From positions 8,928,001 through 8,992,000 of the forward strand of contig NC_043002.1 in assembly GCF_006345805.1 (NCBI RefSeq): a stretch of DNA of 64,000 nt, read 5' to 3'. The notes beneath the pieces are model-generated. The model had not been told where the DNA came from, did not search any database, and worked only from the letters and a program-made list of their open reading frames with translations. Shown piece after piece: positions 48,807-61,197 of the stretch (position 1 is its first letter; each line of letters opens with the position of its first letter). Source of the stretch: Octopus sinensis. Its lineage: Eukaryota. A program made the translations under genes and the position numbers.

Positions 48807-49198
48807 TTAGTCTGGCAATTTACTCTTTGGATCGCTATTTTCATCTTGATCTTGAGTATTCATTCTGTTTGTAATGTAAAGTCTTAGTTTGTATAGAGAG
48901 AACAGGATCGTATGAACTATTGGAAGGCCAACAAATAACAAGAGTAAAATGAAAGGAATGGCAACTGATGGATTATTCCAGTCTGTGAAGAAATAAATAA
49001 CTCGAGTATTTCTTGTTGTTGTTCCACCACTGAAGAAATAGACGAGTGAAAACATTATGTAGATGAGAAAAGCAGTAATGTCTTGCCAGACATGATAAAT
49101 ACGGAAGGGTTTGGCTGTTATGAATATGTTCAACAAAATATAGAGGCTGTTTAAGGCATGTTCCATTACATTCAGGTACATATGATGGCCGTTGCCTC
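48807..49198 (-). CDS. rost: Rolling stone-like (FAR-17a/AIG1 family) membrane protein, last coding exon
   Basis: Acceptor TTTTACTTTCTAG|, phase 1; NVMEHALNS...KPFRIYH...SLVYFFSGG...IYFFTDWNNP...VHTILFSLYKLR matches the family HA.NS / P.R..H / GG / Y...DW..P pattern. Confidence 0.88.
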
Positions 49199-49373
49199 CT
49201 AGAAAGTAAAAGAAAAAGATTTAAAACAAAAACAGCAACAAAAACGAAAAAATATCAAACAGCAACAGCACAAATTACAATTTTATTTTAATTTTATTGA
49301 CAAAGGTGACAAGCAAAATGCTTAGTGGCATTTCATCCGTTCTTACATTCTGTGTTCAAATTCCACTGAGAAT

Positions 49374-49640
49374 CATCATCATCGTTTAACGTCCGCTTTC
49401 CATGCTAGCAAGGGTTGGACGGTTTAACTGGGGTCTGGCAAGCCCGAAGGCTGTACCAGACCAGTCAGATCTGGCGGTGTTTCTACAGCTGGATGCCCTT
49501 CCTAACGCCAACCACTCTGTGAGTGTAGTGGGTGCTTTTTATGTGCCACCGACACAGGTGCCAGACAAGGCTGGAGAATGGCCACACTCGGATGGTGTAT
49601 TTTACGTGCCACCGGCACGGAGGCCAGGCAGGGCTGGCAC
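49374..49640 (-). mobile_element. RTE 3'UTR copy with (GAT)n tail
   Basis: CATCATCGTTTAACGTCCGC...CTACAGCTGGATGCCCTTCC...GTGCCACCG. Confidence 0.85.
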
Positions 49641-50034
49641 GGCCTTGCTTTTTATCTTTTCAGAGTTGAGTACTGGGGTCAGTGTAATCAACTAGTCCCC
49701 TCCCGCCAAAATTTCAGGCCTTCTGCCTGTAGTAGAAAGGAATATGATTTTATTGATAATTATCAATAAAATAATTAAAGCAGCTGAGCAATTGTGCTTA
49801 TTCAGAGAGAACTCTGTAAGAGAAAAACTTGACATGATGAAAGAAAACTGACTAATTTTCAAATCAGCAAGTCAATTTTAGTGCCATTCAAGTGAAAAAG
49901 CAAGCTCAATCTGTATAGATACAATAATTGGGATTTTACTTTTATAAATTTCAAAAAGAATAAAACAATCTTAAAACAGATTTCTCAGTTGTATAAATGT
50001 AAAAAATCAAAATCAAAAATCAAAATTAAATTCG

Positions 50035-50472
50035 ATGACTGGCACCCGTGCTAGCGGGGTGCAAAGAGTACCATACGAGTGTGATCATTGACAGAGCGGC
50101 TCACCAGCTTCCATGCCAGTGGCACTTAAAAGGCACCATTCGAACGTGATCATTACCAGCGTCGCATTACTGGCACTCGAGCCCCGTGCTAGTAGGGTAT
50201 TAAGAGCACCATCCGAGCGTGATCGTTGCCAGAGCAGCTACCTGGCCTCCGTGCCGGGGGCACGTAAAAGACACCATTCGAGCGTGATCATTACCAGCAT
50301 CGCCTTACAGGCACCTGTGCCGGTGGCATGTATAAAAGATTCAAGCGAGGTCGTTGCCAGTACCGCCTGACTGGCCCCCGTGCCGGTGGCACGTAAAAGC
50401 ACCCACTACACTCTCGGAGTGGTTGGCGTTAGGAAGGGCATCCAGCTGTAGAAACTCTGCCAGATCAAGATT
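50035..50472 (+). mobile_element. RTE 3'UTR copy with degenerate internal repeats, tail missing
   Basis: Repeated GTGCC...GGCAC.TAAAAG.CACC units leading into the conserved GGAAGGGCATCCAGCTG block. Confidence 0.8.
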
Positions 50473-51217
50473 GAAAGGAATTTCATTCAATGCTCTTATG
50501 ACTCTGCCACTTCACAGCCCACCTACTAACTGTATTTATAGAAGAAGACATTTTAACCATGGCATAATCTTTGGGCTGACTCAGCAGAGCACTGTGTGAG
50601 ACTAAGCTGACCATTTGGATAACACATCTAGGCCATCCAACAGACATTCAAACAACTGGAACCATCATTCACTGAAACCAATGTAAGATTTATTCATTAC
50701 TACAATTAACATCACTCTTGAATTCTTTCTTAGTTATGGTAAGGTGAACATTATTTTTCTTGGAATACAGTGTGTGACCTGACAAACATTTTAAGAGAAT
50801 GATAACATTTAATTCACAAGTTATGTCAACCTGTGGCAACTGTAGAAAACACACCCACAGAACCAAATAACCACAAAGTGAACTTTCCTGACCACAGAAC
50901 CATGCTTGTATCCATATTTAGATTGTCCTATTTCTTGTTTTACGTCATCAGTTGAGAGAACAAATTGTTGAGGAATAAATTTTTCCCACTTAACTTGTTT
51001 AAATTGCACAGAAAATAAAATAATTTATGAATGTACCAAGAGAATTAGTCATTAGAAATGATAAGTTACTCTTGGTAATGTTGGTGATGGTTAACAATAG
51101 GTCAGCCCTAAACGAACAGGCATAATGTCAAATGCACTCCAACTGTAATCATCCTGTTTTTTAGAGGCATACAGAACTACATTATCTAATATAATCAATT
51201 CTCTACTTAAGACAATA

Positions 51218-51610
51218 TACTCTTTTACTTGTTTCAGTCATTTGACTGTGGCCATGCTGGAGCACCGCCTTTAGTCGAGCAAATCGACCCCAGGACTTAT
51301 TCTTTGTAATCCTAGTACTTATTATATCAGTCTCTTTTGCCGAACTGCTAAGTTACAGGGATGTAAACACACCAGCACTGGTTGTCAAGCGATGTTGTGG
51401 GGGACAAACACAAATGTATACACACACACACGCATATATATATATATGACGGGCTTCTTTCAGTTTCCGTCTACCAAATCCACTCACAAGGCTTTGGTCG
51501 GCCCGAGGCTATAGTAGAAGACACTTGCGCAAGGTTCCACGCAGTGGGACTGAACCCGGAACCATGTGGTTAGTAATCAAGCTACTTACCACACAGCCAC
51601 TCCTACGCCT
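51218..51610 (-). mobile_element. SINE family B (intronic)
   Basis: Full-length copy. Confidence 0.9.
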
Positions 51611-52154
51611 ATATATTTGAACTATGGAAAATTTGGTTGGGAAATTTTTTTGCATATCAAGCTACCATATAGGAGTTCCTTCATTGGTATCTTGTTACTC
51701 ATAGGTGATGTGTCTTTGAGTATGAATGTGTATGAGCAGTAAAGTGGTTGGCATAGGAAAGGCATGCAGCTGCAGAAACCATGCCAGAGCAGACAATAAG
51801 GCTTGGTGCAGTATTCTGACTTGCCAGTTCCTGTCAATCCGTCCAACCTTTGGCAACAGGAAAAACAGACACTAAACAATGAGGACAGGGTGGAGGAGGA
51901 AGAGGAGGGTCTGTTTAATCATGGCTGACCAATAACAGACATCCAGTTTTGACTTTATTGAAATCACCTGTAACTACATTGCTAATATCCTCAGGAGAAA
52001 AATATGAAAATCTTATAATTTCATTTCTTCTACAGCAAATGTGTTGCCCTGTTCTTGCCTAAGAAATCAACAGTGTCATCAAAAGAAGACAAGAAAAGTA
52101 AGCAAGAATTTTAAAAAAAAGTAAGAAATGAACACAGAAAGGAAGAAGACTTAC

Positions 52155-52265
52155 TATGATAAAGTAGAAGCCAATATCCACATGTGATCAATACACCATT
52201 GGAGTAGGAAATATTGGAAAAGAGCCAGAGCATCTTCATTGACCAATGGAGTGAGTGACCGTTGG
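52155..52265 (-). CDS. rost: Rolling stone-like protein, middle exon
   Basis: TTCTCTTTGCAG| ... A|GTAAGT, 111 bp, phase 1/1, NGHSLHWSMKMLWLFSNISYSNGVLITCGYWLLLYH. Confidence 0.88.
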
Positions 52266-52364
52266 CTGCAAAGAGAATGGTAGATATACTTCAGTTTACA
52301 AATATGTGCCACGATAAAGTTTCACACATTCATGCATACATACATACAAATATACATGCACACA

Positions 52365-52555
52365 TCATTATCATCATCATCATCATCATCATCGTTTAAC
52401 GTCCGCTTTCCATGCTAGCATGAGTTGGACGATTTTGACTGAGGGCTGGTGAACCAGATGGCTGCACCAGGCTCCAATCTTGATTTGGCAGAGTTTCTAC
52501 AGCTGGATGCCCTTCCTAACGCCAACCACTCCGAGAGTGTAGTGGGTGCTTTTTA
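52365..52555 (-). mobile_element. RTE 3'UTR copy with (GAT)n tail
   Basis: Same terminal block as 49374-49640. Confidence 0.85.
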
Positions 52556-52799
52556 AGAATCACACTGCACATGCCCATCCCACTCCCACCACCTATACTG
52601 GAAGTCCTTGTCTTCTGACCCCTATTGGATGTCTTTCCACTGAAAACCTCCAATGGCTTAAATGCTCCCCCATCTCTACTCAGTGTTTTATCTCCTATGG
52701 AATGTAGCAATTATGTAGTGCATAAAATGATGGTGTAGTGTATGCCAGTAGAAGGCTATTGTATAGCTTATGAATTCTGCCAAATGTGAGCTTTCTTTC

Positions 52800-53530
52800 C
52801 AGGTACATGACGCTGCTGTCCCCCATCCCAGGGTCTTGCGGGCCGATATCTCCCACAGCCTCAGAGTTGGCACACTGAAAGGTAGGTCTGGAGAGATAGT
52901 CGAGATGCTTGAATGGAGATCTGTAGATTTGTGCTGCATCCAAGAAGTAAGGTGGAGAGGAAGTTCTGCTAGGTTTCTCACAAGCAAAGATCATAGGTAT
53001 AAGATTTTCTGGGTAGGGAACACTGACAGGGTCAGGGGCATGTGTATACTTCTTGCGGAGAAATGGGTTGATAAGGTAATCAAGGTAGACAGAGTCTGTG
53101 ATAGAATACTTAAGCTTAGATTAGTGCTACAACATGGATTGGCAATTATTATCTCAGCTTATGCCTCTCAGCCAAGGCTACCTGATGAACAGAAAGACCA
53201 ATTTTATGACATTCTCTTGCAGACTGCCTCATCAACGAATGACAGAGACCTTCACTTTGTGGCTGGCAACTTCAATGGACATGTTGGACAACATGCAGGG
53301 GGCTTCCATGGTGTACATGGTGGCTATGGATTTGGTTCCCGCAATGAGGAGGGAAACAGGCTGCTGGAGTTCTGTGGTGTAAAGGATCTTATGGTCTCTA
53401 AAACTAACTTCAGGAAACCTGCCAGTCACCTATTCACCTACCAGTCTGGTAGACGCACTAATCAGATTGACTACATCCTCACCAGGAAACAGGAAAGACG
53501 GCTACTTATAAATGCCAAAACATTCCCAGA
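52800..53530 (+). mobile_element. RTE-clade LINE apurinic endonuclease domain (open frame), intronic and antisense
   Basis: CCIQEVRWRG; ISAYA; GNFNGHVG; RNEEGNRLLEFC; NQIDYIL. Confidence 0.92.
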
Positions 53531-53665
53531 CTTTACCTTTCATCCTTTCGGGGTCAATAAATAAAGTACCAGTTTCGCACTGGGGTTGATGTAATTGACT
53601 TAATCCCTTTGTCTGTCCTTGTTTGTCCCCTCTATGTTTAGCCCCTTGCGGGTAGTAAAGAAATA
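53529..53665 (+). mobile_element. 3' half of SINE family A abutting the RTE fragment
   Basis: GACTTTACCTTTCATCCTTTCGGGGTC...GCCCCTTGCGGGTAGTAAAGAAATA. Confidence 0.85.
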
Positions 53666-53689
53666 AATATGCTGTGCTTGAGAAGATGA

Positions 53690-53950
53690 CCTATCAAGCC
53701 AAGTGAAATTGTAGTAGTGGCGGATACTGACATCATGCCAGTGGCACCCATGCCAGTGGCACCCATGCCAGTGGCAGTAAAAACTCCCATTACGCTCTCG
53801 GAGTGGTTGGTGTTAGGATGAGCATCCAGCTGTAGAAACCTTGCCAAATCAGACTGGAGTTTGGTGCAGCCCTTTGGCTTACCAGCCCTGGTTGAAACTG
53901 TCCAACTGATGCCAGCATGGACAATAGATGTTAAAAGATGATGATGATGA
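53690..53950 (+). mobile_element. Older RTE 3'UTR copy
   Basis: Three CATGCCAGTGGCAC units, conserved terminal block, (GAT)n tail. Confidence 0.75.
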
Positions 53951-55419
53951 TGTGTGTATGTGTGTGTGCATGTGTGTGCGTGCACATATTTATCTGTGCC
54001 TGTGTGCACATGCGTGTGTATGTGTGTATAGATATATACCACATGACATTATAAAAGAAACAGAATGATGAAAAAACACACTTAGAATCCTCACACAGCC
54101 TACATTTGAAGAACACAAAAAAATAACAAGACTATTGCATTAAATCCATTATGGATTTTGCCAGTTCTCTCTTGGTTCTTAACCTCACTCCCAACAAACA
54201 ACACAATATTGTGCACTCAGCCCCAATACATGCTTTTCACTCAAAGCCACATATATAATAAAGCAAATAACTACACCACATATGTAATAAAGCAAAACTA
54301 TTCAAACTAATAAATGAGCTTTGCCCACACAAATCCCTACAGCTGTTAGGAAGGAATTACAACCGTGGTTCGTGGTCTGCTACCACAACAGCTCCTTTAT
54401 AGGATCCAGTTAGCTCAAGACATCATCAGGAGGAACCACATCTGGTTTCGGCCCCTACTCCACTACTAATGCCATTGTTTGTTTTGGTAAGCTTTAGCCA
54501 CTGATTTGAAATTATAAGCTATCAATAGTAATTTAGTTTTGTAAGTTAGAAGTGGATCAGTCCTTCTAAGCTTACTTCTGGTTGATGCTCAATTTGAATA
54601 TCTGCACAATAATATGAATGGAGAGTTGGAATTTTCAGAGGATTTGCTGTTCTTGACAGAAAAGATTGTGTGTAATCTGGAAATGAGATACAATGGGAAT
54701 GACAAGAGAACAGATGGATTTTATGAATGCATCTGTTTGGAGGGAGAATGCAGATCGATGACTCAGAAGAGTTGTGGCCTTTGTAGCAGTGATAGCAAGA
54801 TTACTTCTCTTGGATGTGGTCTAAGTAGCTTGTGTTTAGTGTATAAGTGTAGTACTCCTATGTATATCTTATTTGAGATTGCCAGAAGAACAGCAATTGC
54901 TCAAGGTTGAAGTATTTTCTGGTACTGAAAAGGAAGTCTAGTCATTGAAATGCAACTTTGATAATGCTATATGTGTGAAGACAATCATAACATTGAGCAC
55001 TTCATATTACACTACAACACCTGTGCAATGAAACAAATAATTAAAATGAAAGATTACATGAACAAGTAAGCTTCTGTATATTTTTCCTAGCATTTGTAGC
55101 AATGTTGAAGGTTTTGTATGTTGTGTGTTGAGAATAGACTAATGCCTACAAAGCAAATGAGTCTTCTTCTCCTGTGCATATATTTTCATGTGACAGTGCA
55201 TTAAAAGTAAATCAGGTTATGAGTGTTCTCTACTTTCCAAAATGATCCCTTGGAATTTTAGCTCAGCTTTAAAACTAAGAAGCATTTACTAATCTAATCT
55301 ATTGTATTATCATTATACTATTTCCACACAGACTGGAACAACGTCTCACTAGTTGCTTTACTGCATCTGGTTTGGTATATTACTGAGTTCAAATTCTTTA
55401 GTGGTTTTTATTGTACCTA

Positions 55420-56370
55420 GCACAAGCTTTGGGCAGATAAGAGGTGTAGAGGTATCACAGGAAGATTAATGGAGAATATAGACTTTGTGTGTAGCAAATG
55501 TACAGGTACAATGAGTACTAGAAATGCACAGACAATAGACTCCCTCAAATGCTTGGGGTGATCATTGGAAGTAGTAGACAGCTTCTGTTGCCTAGGATAC
55601 CAAATTAGCAGTGGAGGAGGAAGTTCTGAAATTGTAGTTGCTAGAATAAATATGGGCTGGGCAAAGACCAGTGAGCTTCTCTCCTTGTTGGTAACTAAGG
55701 GCCTCTCCCTTAGAGTGAAAGGCAGATTGTATTATGCTTGTGTACATACAGCTATGTTACATAGCAGTGAAACATGGGCTTTGACTAGTGAAGGCTTGAA
55801 AGAAATGAAGCCAGTACACTCTGACAAAGTGTAAATGATTTAAGAGGAAAACTGGGTACAGGAGGAATCAGATATTGTGTGCAAGAGAGAAGACAGCACT
55901 GGTTTGGTCATGGGATGCTTATGTATGAGGATACTTATGTAAAGAAGAGCCAAGCACTAATTGTGGGGGGAACCTGTGGAAGGGGTAGACCCTGGAAGGC
56001 ATGGGATGAAGTGGTGAGAAAGGATCTTTGGATGCTGGGCCTTACTGAGGAGATGGCAAGGGACTGGGAAACACGGAAATTTGTAGGGCTTGAGAAGACA
56101 TCAAGCTAAGTAAAACCACTGTCTTCAACATTACATGCTTGTTCTTTCAGGTGTTGGTGCCACAAAAAGTACCTGTGCCACTGCTGTGTAAATGCACCTG
56201 TGCTGATGGCACATAAGAAGCACCCAGCACACTGTTAAGTGGTTAGTGTTAAGCATGACATCAAGCCATAGAAACCTTGCCACAATAGACAACCGGAGTT
56301 TGGCCAACTCCATGTTAAACCGTTCAACCCATGCCAGAATGGAAAACAGACACTAAATAATGACCAGAGG
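55420..56370 (+). mobile_element. Degraded RTE LINE RT C-terminus plus 3'UTR
   Basis: EVVDSFCCLG; KGLSLRVKGRLY; GRGRPWKAWDEVVRKDL; 3'UTR homologous to the (GAT)n-tailed copies. Confidence 0.88.
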
Positions 56371-56872
56371 ATAATGGCTATCTTCTCAGCCTTAGTATAT
56401 GCCCCAACTTTTTTTATGCACTTCAAATTCATCCTTGGTACTAAAATGGTTCCTCACTATTGTCTCATCCATTCTGAACAGAACTGAATTTATCAAAGAA
56501 ATGTTATTTATATCAGTTCCGTGAATTAGGAAAAACACTTTGCATAGGCAACAACATGGCCTCCATACCATATTGCTCAAGCTTGGATCTGATTGAACTC
56601 CCTATATTGGAGAGATAGAAAAGAACACTTCAACGCAAACAGCACCAGGACAAGCTACCAGTTTGTGTAGCTGAGGCAGTCTTTCATACATTGAACTGCT
56701 TAACCACAGACAACACTGTTCCAGTGAGGTGGGCAACTAGGATCTTCATCCATAGCCATAAATGAGAGAGGACAAAGATATATTCAGGTATTCAGACTCA
56801 ATTTGATTATTTTTTTTTATGTTTCCTTTTTCAGGAACAGCTTGATGTATTGGTCAATGGTATTGGAGAACA

Positions 56873-57288
56873 GGGCGGCGAGCAGGCAGAAACGTTAGCA
56901 CGCCGGGCAAAATGCTGAACGGTATTTTGTCTGCCGTTACGTTCCGAGTTAAAATTCCGCCAAGGTCGACTTTGCCTTTCATCCTTTCAGGGTCAATAAA
57001 TTAAGTACCAGTTATGCACTGGGATCGATGTAATCGACTTAATCCGTTTGTCTGTCCTTGTTTGTCCTCTCTGTGTTTAGCCCCTTGTGGGTAGTTAAGA
57101 AATAAGTATTTTGTCTGCCGCTACATTCTGAGTTCAAATTCCGCCGAGGTCGACTTTGCCTTTCATCCTTTCGGGGTCAATTAAATAAGTACCAGTTATG
57201 CACTGGGGTCGATATAATCAACTTAATCTGTTTGTCTGTCCTTATTTGTTCCCTCTGTGTTTAACCCCTTGTGGGTAATAAAGAAATA
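56873..57288 (+). mobile_element. Dimeric SINE A
   Basis: Same full-plus-truncated layout and same junction (AAGAAATA.GTATTT.GTCTGCCG) as 18273-18687. Confidence 0.88.
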
Positions 57289-57620
57289 TATATTGCATGA
57301 ACACCGTTCCTATAACAGTAAAAAATAAACTATGTTTCAACACAAAAAAAAAGCAAAACTCCTATTACAAATAAATAAATTACAATGAAACATAAAACTA
57401 TAAACATAAAACTATAAATATTGTAGTATAACTACTACAATATCTGACTGGTATCCTTCCTTATCAATCCTGGAGTGTTGAAAGCCAACTCTGATGAGAT
57501 CACAAAAAGGGACATAGCTAAAAACTTTAGACTACATTATCCTATACTTTATCAGGTCTGCTATCCTCCACACTCTCATCTTTCAAATATGTATCACAAA
57601 AGAAGTGAACATCTTTATAA

Positions 57621-58042
57621 TTCTCTTTACTCTTTTTACTCTTTTACTTGTTTCAGTCATTTGACTGCGACCATGCTGGAGCACTGCCTTTAGTCGAGCA
57701 AATCGACCCCGGGACTTATTCTTTGTAAGCCCAGTACTTATTCTATCGGTCTCTTTTGCCGAACCGCTAAGTGGCGGGGATGTAAACACACCAGCATCGG
57801 TTGTCAAGCAATGCTAGGGGGACAAACACAGACACACAAACATATACACACACACTTGTATATATATATACATATATACAACAGGCTTCTTTCAGTTTCT
57901 GTCTACCAAATCCACTAACAAGGCATTGGTCGGCCCAAGGCTATAGCAGAAGACACTTGCCCAAGATGCCACGCAGTGGGACTGAACCCGGAACCATGTG
58001 GTTGGTTAGCAAGCTACTTACCACACAGCCACTCCTGCGCCT
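57621..58042 (-). mobile_element. SINE family B (intronic)
   Basis: Full-length copy. Confidence 0.9.
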
Positions 58043-58196
58043 ATTAGTTTCTCACAAACAACTTTATATATACTTCTACAAGGAAAGGGGAAGTCAATGT
58101 AATCAACAACAGTACATTATTAATGCATATAGTAAAGACTCCAGAGATTTTTATTTCATATTCAAAAAGGCATAGAGAATTTTCATAGTAACTTAC

Positions 58197-58419
58197 CTCT
58201 ATTTTTAAACCTTGGTATATATTGAAAGCATATTACTATTGCCAGATCTGTTAAGACTGTCAAGGACAGCGATAGGTAACCCCATATTGTAGCATATGCC
58301 AGGATTTTGGCAACGTTATCGAAATCTCTTTGAATACAAAAAATCGTCAAGACTCCAGCCACGTGGTAAATGCTCCAGAAAATATTCCATATTAGATAGA
58401 AGTGTTTGGGTCTCTTAAA
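58197..58419 (-). CDS. rost: Rolling stone-like protein, most 5' exon found
   Basis: TTTCTATCTTTCTAG| ... G|GTAAGT, 223 bp, phase 0/1, FKRPKHFYLIWNIFWSIYH...ILAYATIWGYLSL...FKNR; the three exons splice to a 241-aa open frame. Confidence 0.85.
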
Positions 58420-58557
58420 CTAGAAAGATAGAAACCAAAATTAAATATAGTTTTGGATACAGAAAACTATGAAATTTACATAAGACACACATATTTTCTC
58501 TTAGATACTTATTGAGTGAAATATTATGAGAACTAATCCAGATCAAATGTACAAGGA

Positions 58558-58595
<38 letters not shown>

Positions 58596-58842
58596 ATGCG
58601 TATACATGTGTGAGTGTGTGCATGCTTGAATGTATGAACAGAGAGATGTATGGTAAATTTATGGGTATGTGTTTTTCATAAGGACACTTTCTTAAGCTCA
58701 CTTTGAAAAAGTATATGCTATTCTTAAACCAGGGTTTTTGCTCTGTAACTAGAAAAGCAGGACTGATTAATTTTAATACTCCTACCACTTCAAGTGAACA
58801 AGTACTCAATTCCCTGACCACAGAGAGATTAGTGGCTTAATC

Positions 58843-59545
58843 ATCATCATCATCATCATCGTTTAACGTCCGTTTTCCGTGCTAGCACGGGTAGGACGGT
58901 TTGACCGGGGTCTGGGAAGCCAGGGGCTGCACCAGGCTCCAGTCTGATCTGGCAGAGTTTCTACAGCTGGATGCCCTTCCTAACGCCAACCACTCCTCGA
59001 GTGTAGTGGGTGCTTTTTACGTGCCACCTGCACAGGTGCCAGGGGGCCAGTATCGTCCACGATCGGTTGGAGCTTTTAACGTGCCACCGGCACAGAAGCC
59101 AGCCATGGCGGCGCTGGCAACGGCCACATTCGGATGGTGCTTTTTATGTGCCACCGGCACAGAAGCCAGTCGGGGCGGCGCTGGCATCGGCCACGTTCGG
59201 ATGGTGCTTTTTATGTGCTACCGGCACAGAAGCCAGGCGAGGCGGCGCTGGCAACAGCCACGTTCGGATGGTGCTTTTTATGTGCTACCAGCACAGAAGC
59301 CAGTTGAGGCGGCACTGGCAACGGCCACGTTCGGATGGTGCTTTTTATGTGCCACCGGCACAGGTATCACATCTACTATTTCCATTGATATTTATTTCGA
59401 TGTTCATGTTCATGTACTTGACTCAACAGGTCTCCTCAAGCACAGCGGGACGTTCGGGATCCAGGGTACTTTGAATGGGCAGGGGCTATGCGGAACTGAT
59501 GCAGGAAGCAGCCCGGGTCTTTGCAGTCACAGCATATCTCCATTT
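58843..59545 (-). mobile_element. 5'-truncated RTE (ORF end WRYAVTAKTR, 3'UTR with 67-bp tandem repeats, (GAT)n tail)
   Basis: CGGATGGTGC recurs at 59131, 59198, 59265 and 59332. Confidence 0.88.
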
Positions 59546-60936
59546 ATATTAAACATAAACTGAATTGGTCAGCTCTAATTTTTAAAACAGCACAAGCATT
59601 GATGACAGTGATTTAATGATTGTAAATGTAACTTATAACTATTTTTAGTTTACTCTGTGGTTGGGAAATGAGTGTTTTGTCTCTTTTTACACCAAGGATG
59701 AAGTGTGTAGTCACAGAAACATCAAGATGTTCCACAAGACTTCTGTTTGGTATGTAATGTTTGTCCTTTTTATGTTGGTATATTTGGGAATAATTTGTTC
59801 CATCGTTTATTTCACACTAACATTGATCATAGTTCCAGTTAAGGTAGATTTCTCTCAGAAAATAAATACTTCCATTCAATTAATTAAAACACACCCAGTA
59901 AAGTTTGTGCATGTGTGTGTGTTTGTACACACACACATTAGGTTCATACTCACATACACAGGCACGTGTACACCTGTATATCCATATACACACATTAGCT
60001 TCATACACACACACACATGTGCATGCATGCACTTATATACGCGTATGCCAGGTCCTTGTTGTTCCCCTTGCCATCCATGCACCAAGCCAACTTTTCCCTC
60101 TTTCCAGTCCTTTCCGAATGCCCTCACCAGTTAATTCAAACATGTTTTTCCTTTCCATCTAATTTCTCTCCTTATCTATCCTTTCTGTAGAAGAATTTAA
60201 AGTTGAAACGTTAAAACCTTCTTCCATTTTTCCTGTGCATCAACCTAATACACTCTGTTTATTGTTCTTCTGCCTTTTGTGTGTGTGTGTGTGTATGTGT
60301 GCGTGTGTGTTTATGGACTGTATATCTGTGATCACCCCAGTTTGATCCTGTGTGACTGAACCTCCGCTTCTCTCAGACTTTCATCTCCTTTTCAACCTAC
60401 TTCTTGGATTATTGTCCCCTCTCAAGGACTACCTTACCATGAAACTCCAACTGGATTGCCAGTGGAACTCTTTATTTCTTGGATTACAAGGTTCCTGGAT
60501 CTTACTGTGCACTGTTGTTGATTTGTATCAGACCAAGTATTATCTCACCATATTTCCTATCTCTTGCATCCAACTCTCTTTCACACTTTCCAACACAACA
60601 AAAAAAACAGAAAAAAACCGTTTCTATGTTCACATTTCTTTCCTCGGTCACTTGCCTTCGCTTAGGTTTTTGCGAGTGAGCCTAATTCTATGATTATAAT
60701 CTTAAGCATGCAAACTTAAAAAGCTTATCAAGTGTACATGCAGGTGTGCATACATGTGCGTGCACACACACATTTTTGTGTGAATGTGTGCATGTATAAA
60801 GTTGCTAAAAAGAGAAAAAGAATTCAAGAAACTTGTACATATGTAAGGTTGACATTCAAATAGATAAATAATTTAATGGCAGCTTATTAGGTGCTTGCTT
60901 CAATGTTATACCATACTACAGAATATGAATGTATGT

Positions 60937-60940
<4 letters not shown>

Positions 60941-60988
<48 letters not shown>

Positions 60989-61019
60989 TGTGTGTCTGTG
61001 TGTGTGTGTCTGTGTGTGT

Positions 61020-61074
<55 letters not shown>
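60941..61074. repeat. (GT)n microsatellite
   Basis: Directly visible. Confidence 0.95.
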
Positions 61075-61075
<1 letters not shown>

Positions 61076-61197
61076 TGTGGAGTTGAGTTAACTTGTTCTA
61101 TGCATATATATATATAAAAAAATTATTTGAGGGAATATTATTCCTAACTTACAGGGAAAAATTCAATTTAGAAATACTAAATCAAATTTCACAAAAT

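Noticed and set aside
54576-54925. AG...GT-bounded exon-like segment on the minus strand inside the rolling stone-like intron
   Set aside because: Stops in all three frames; the flanking exons already splice in phase without it.
60434-60520. Candidate first exon of the rolling stone-like gene (...NKEFHWQSSWSFM|GTAAG)
   Set aside because: In-frame stop just upstream, no start codon or good acceptor, and no convincing match to the family N-terminus.
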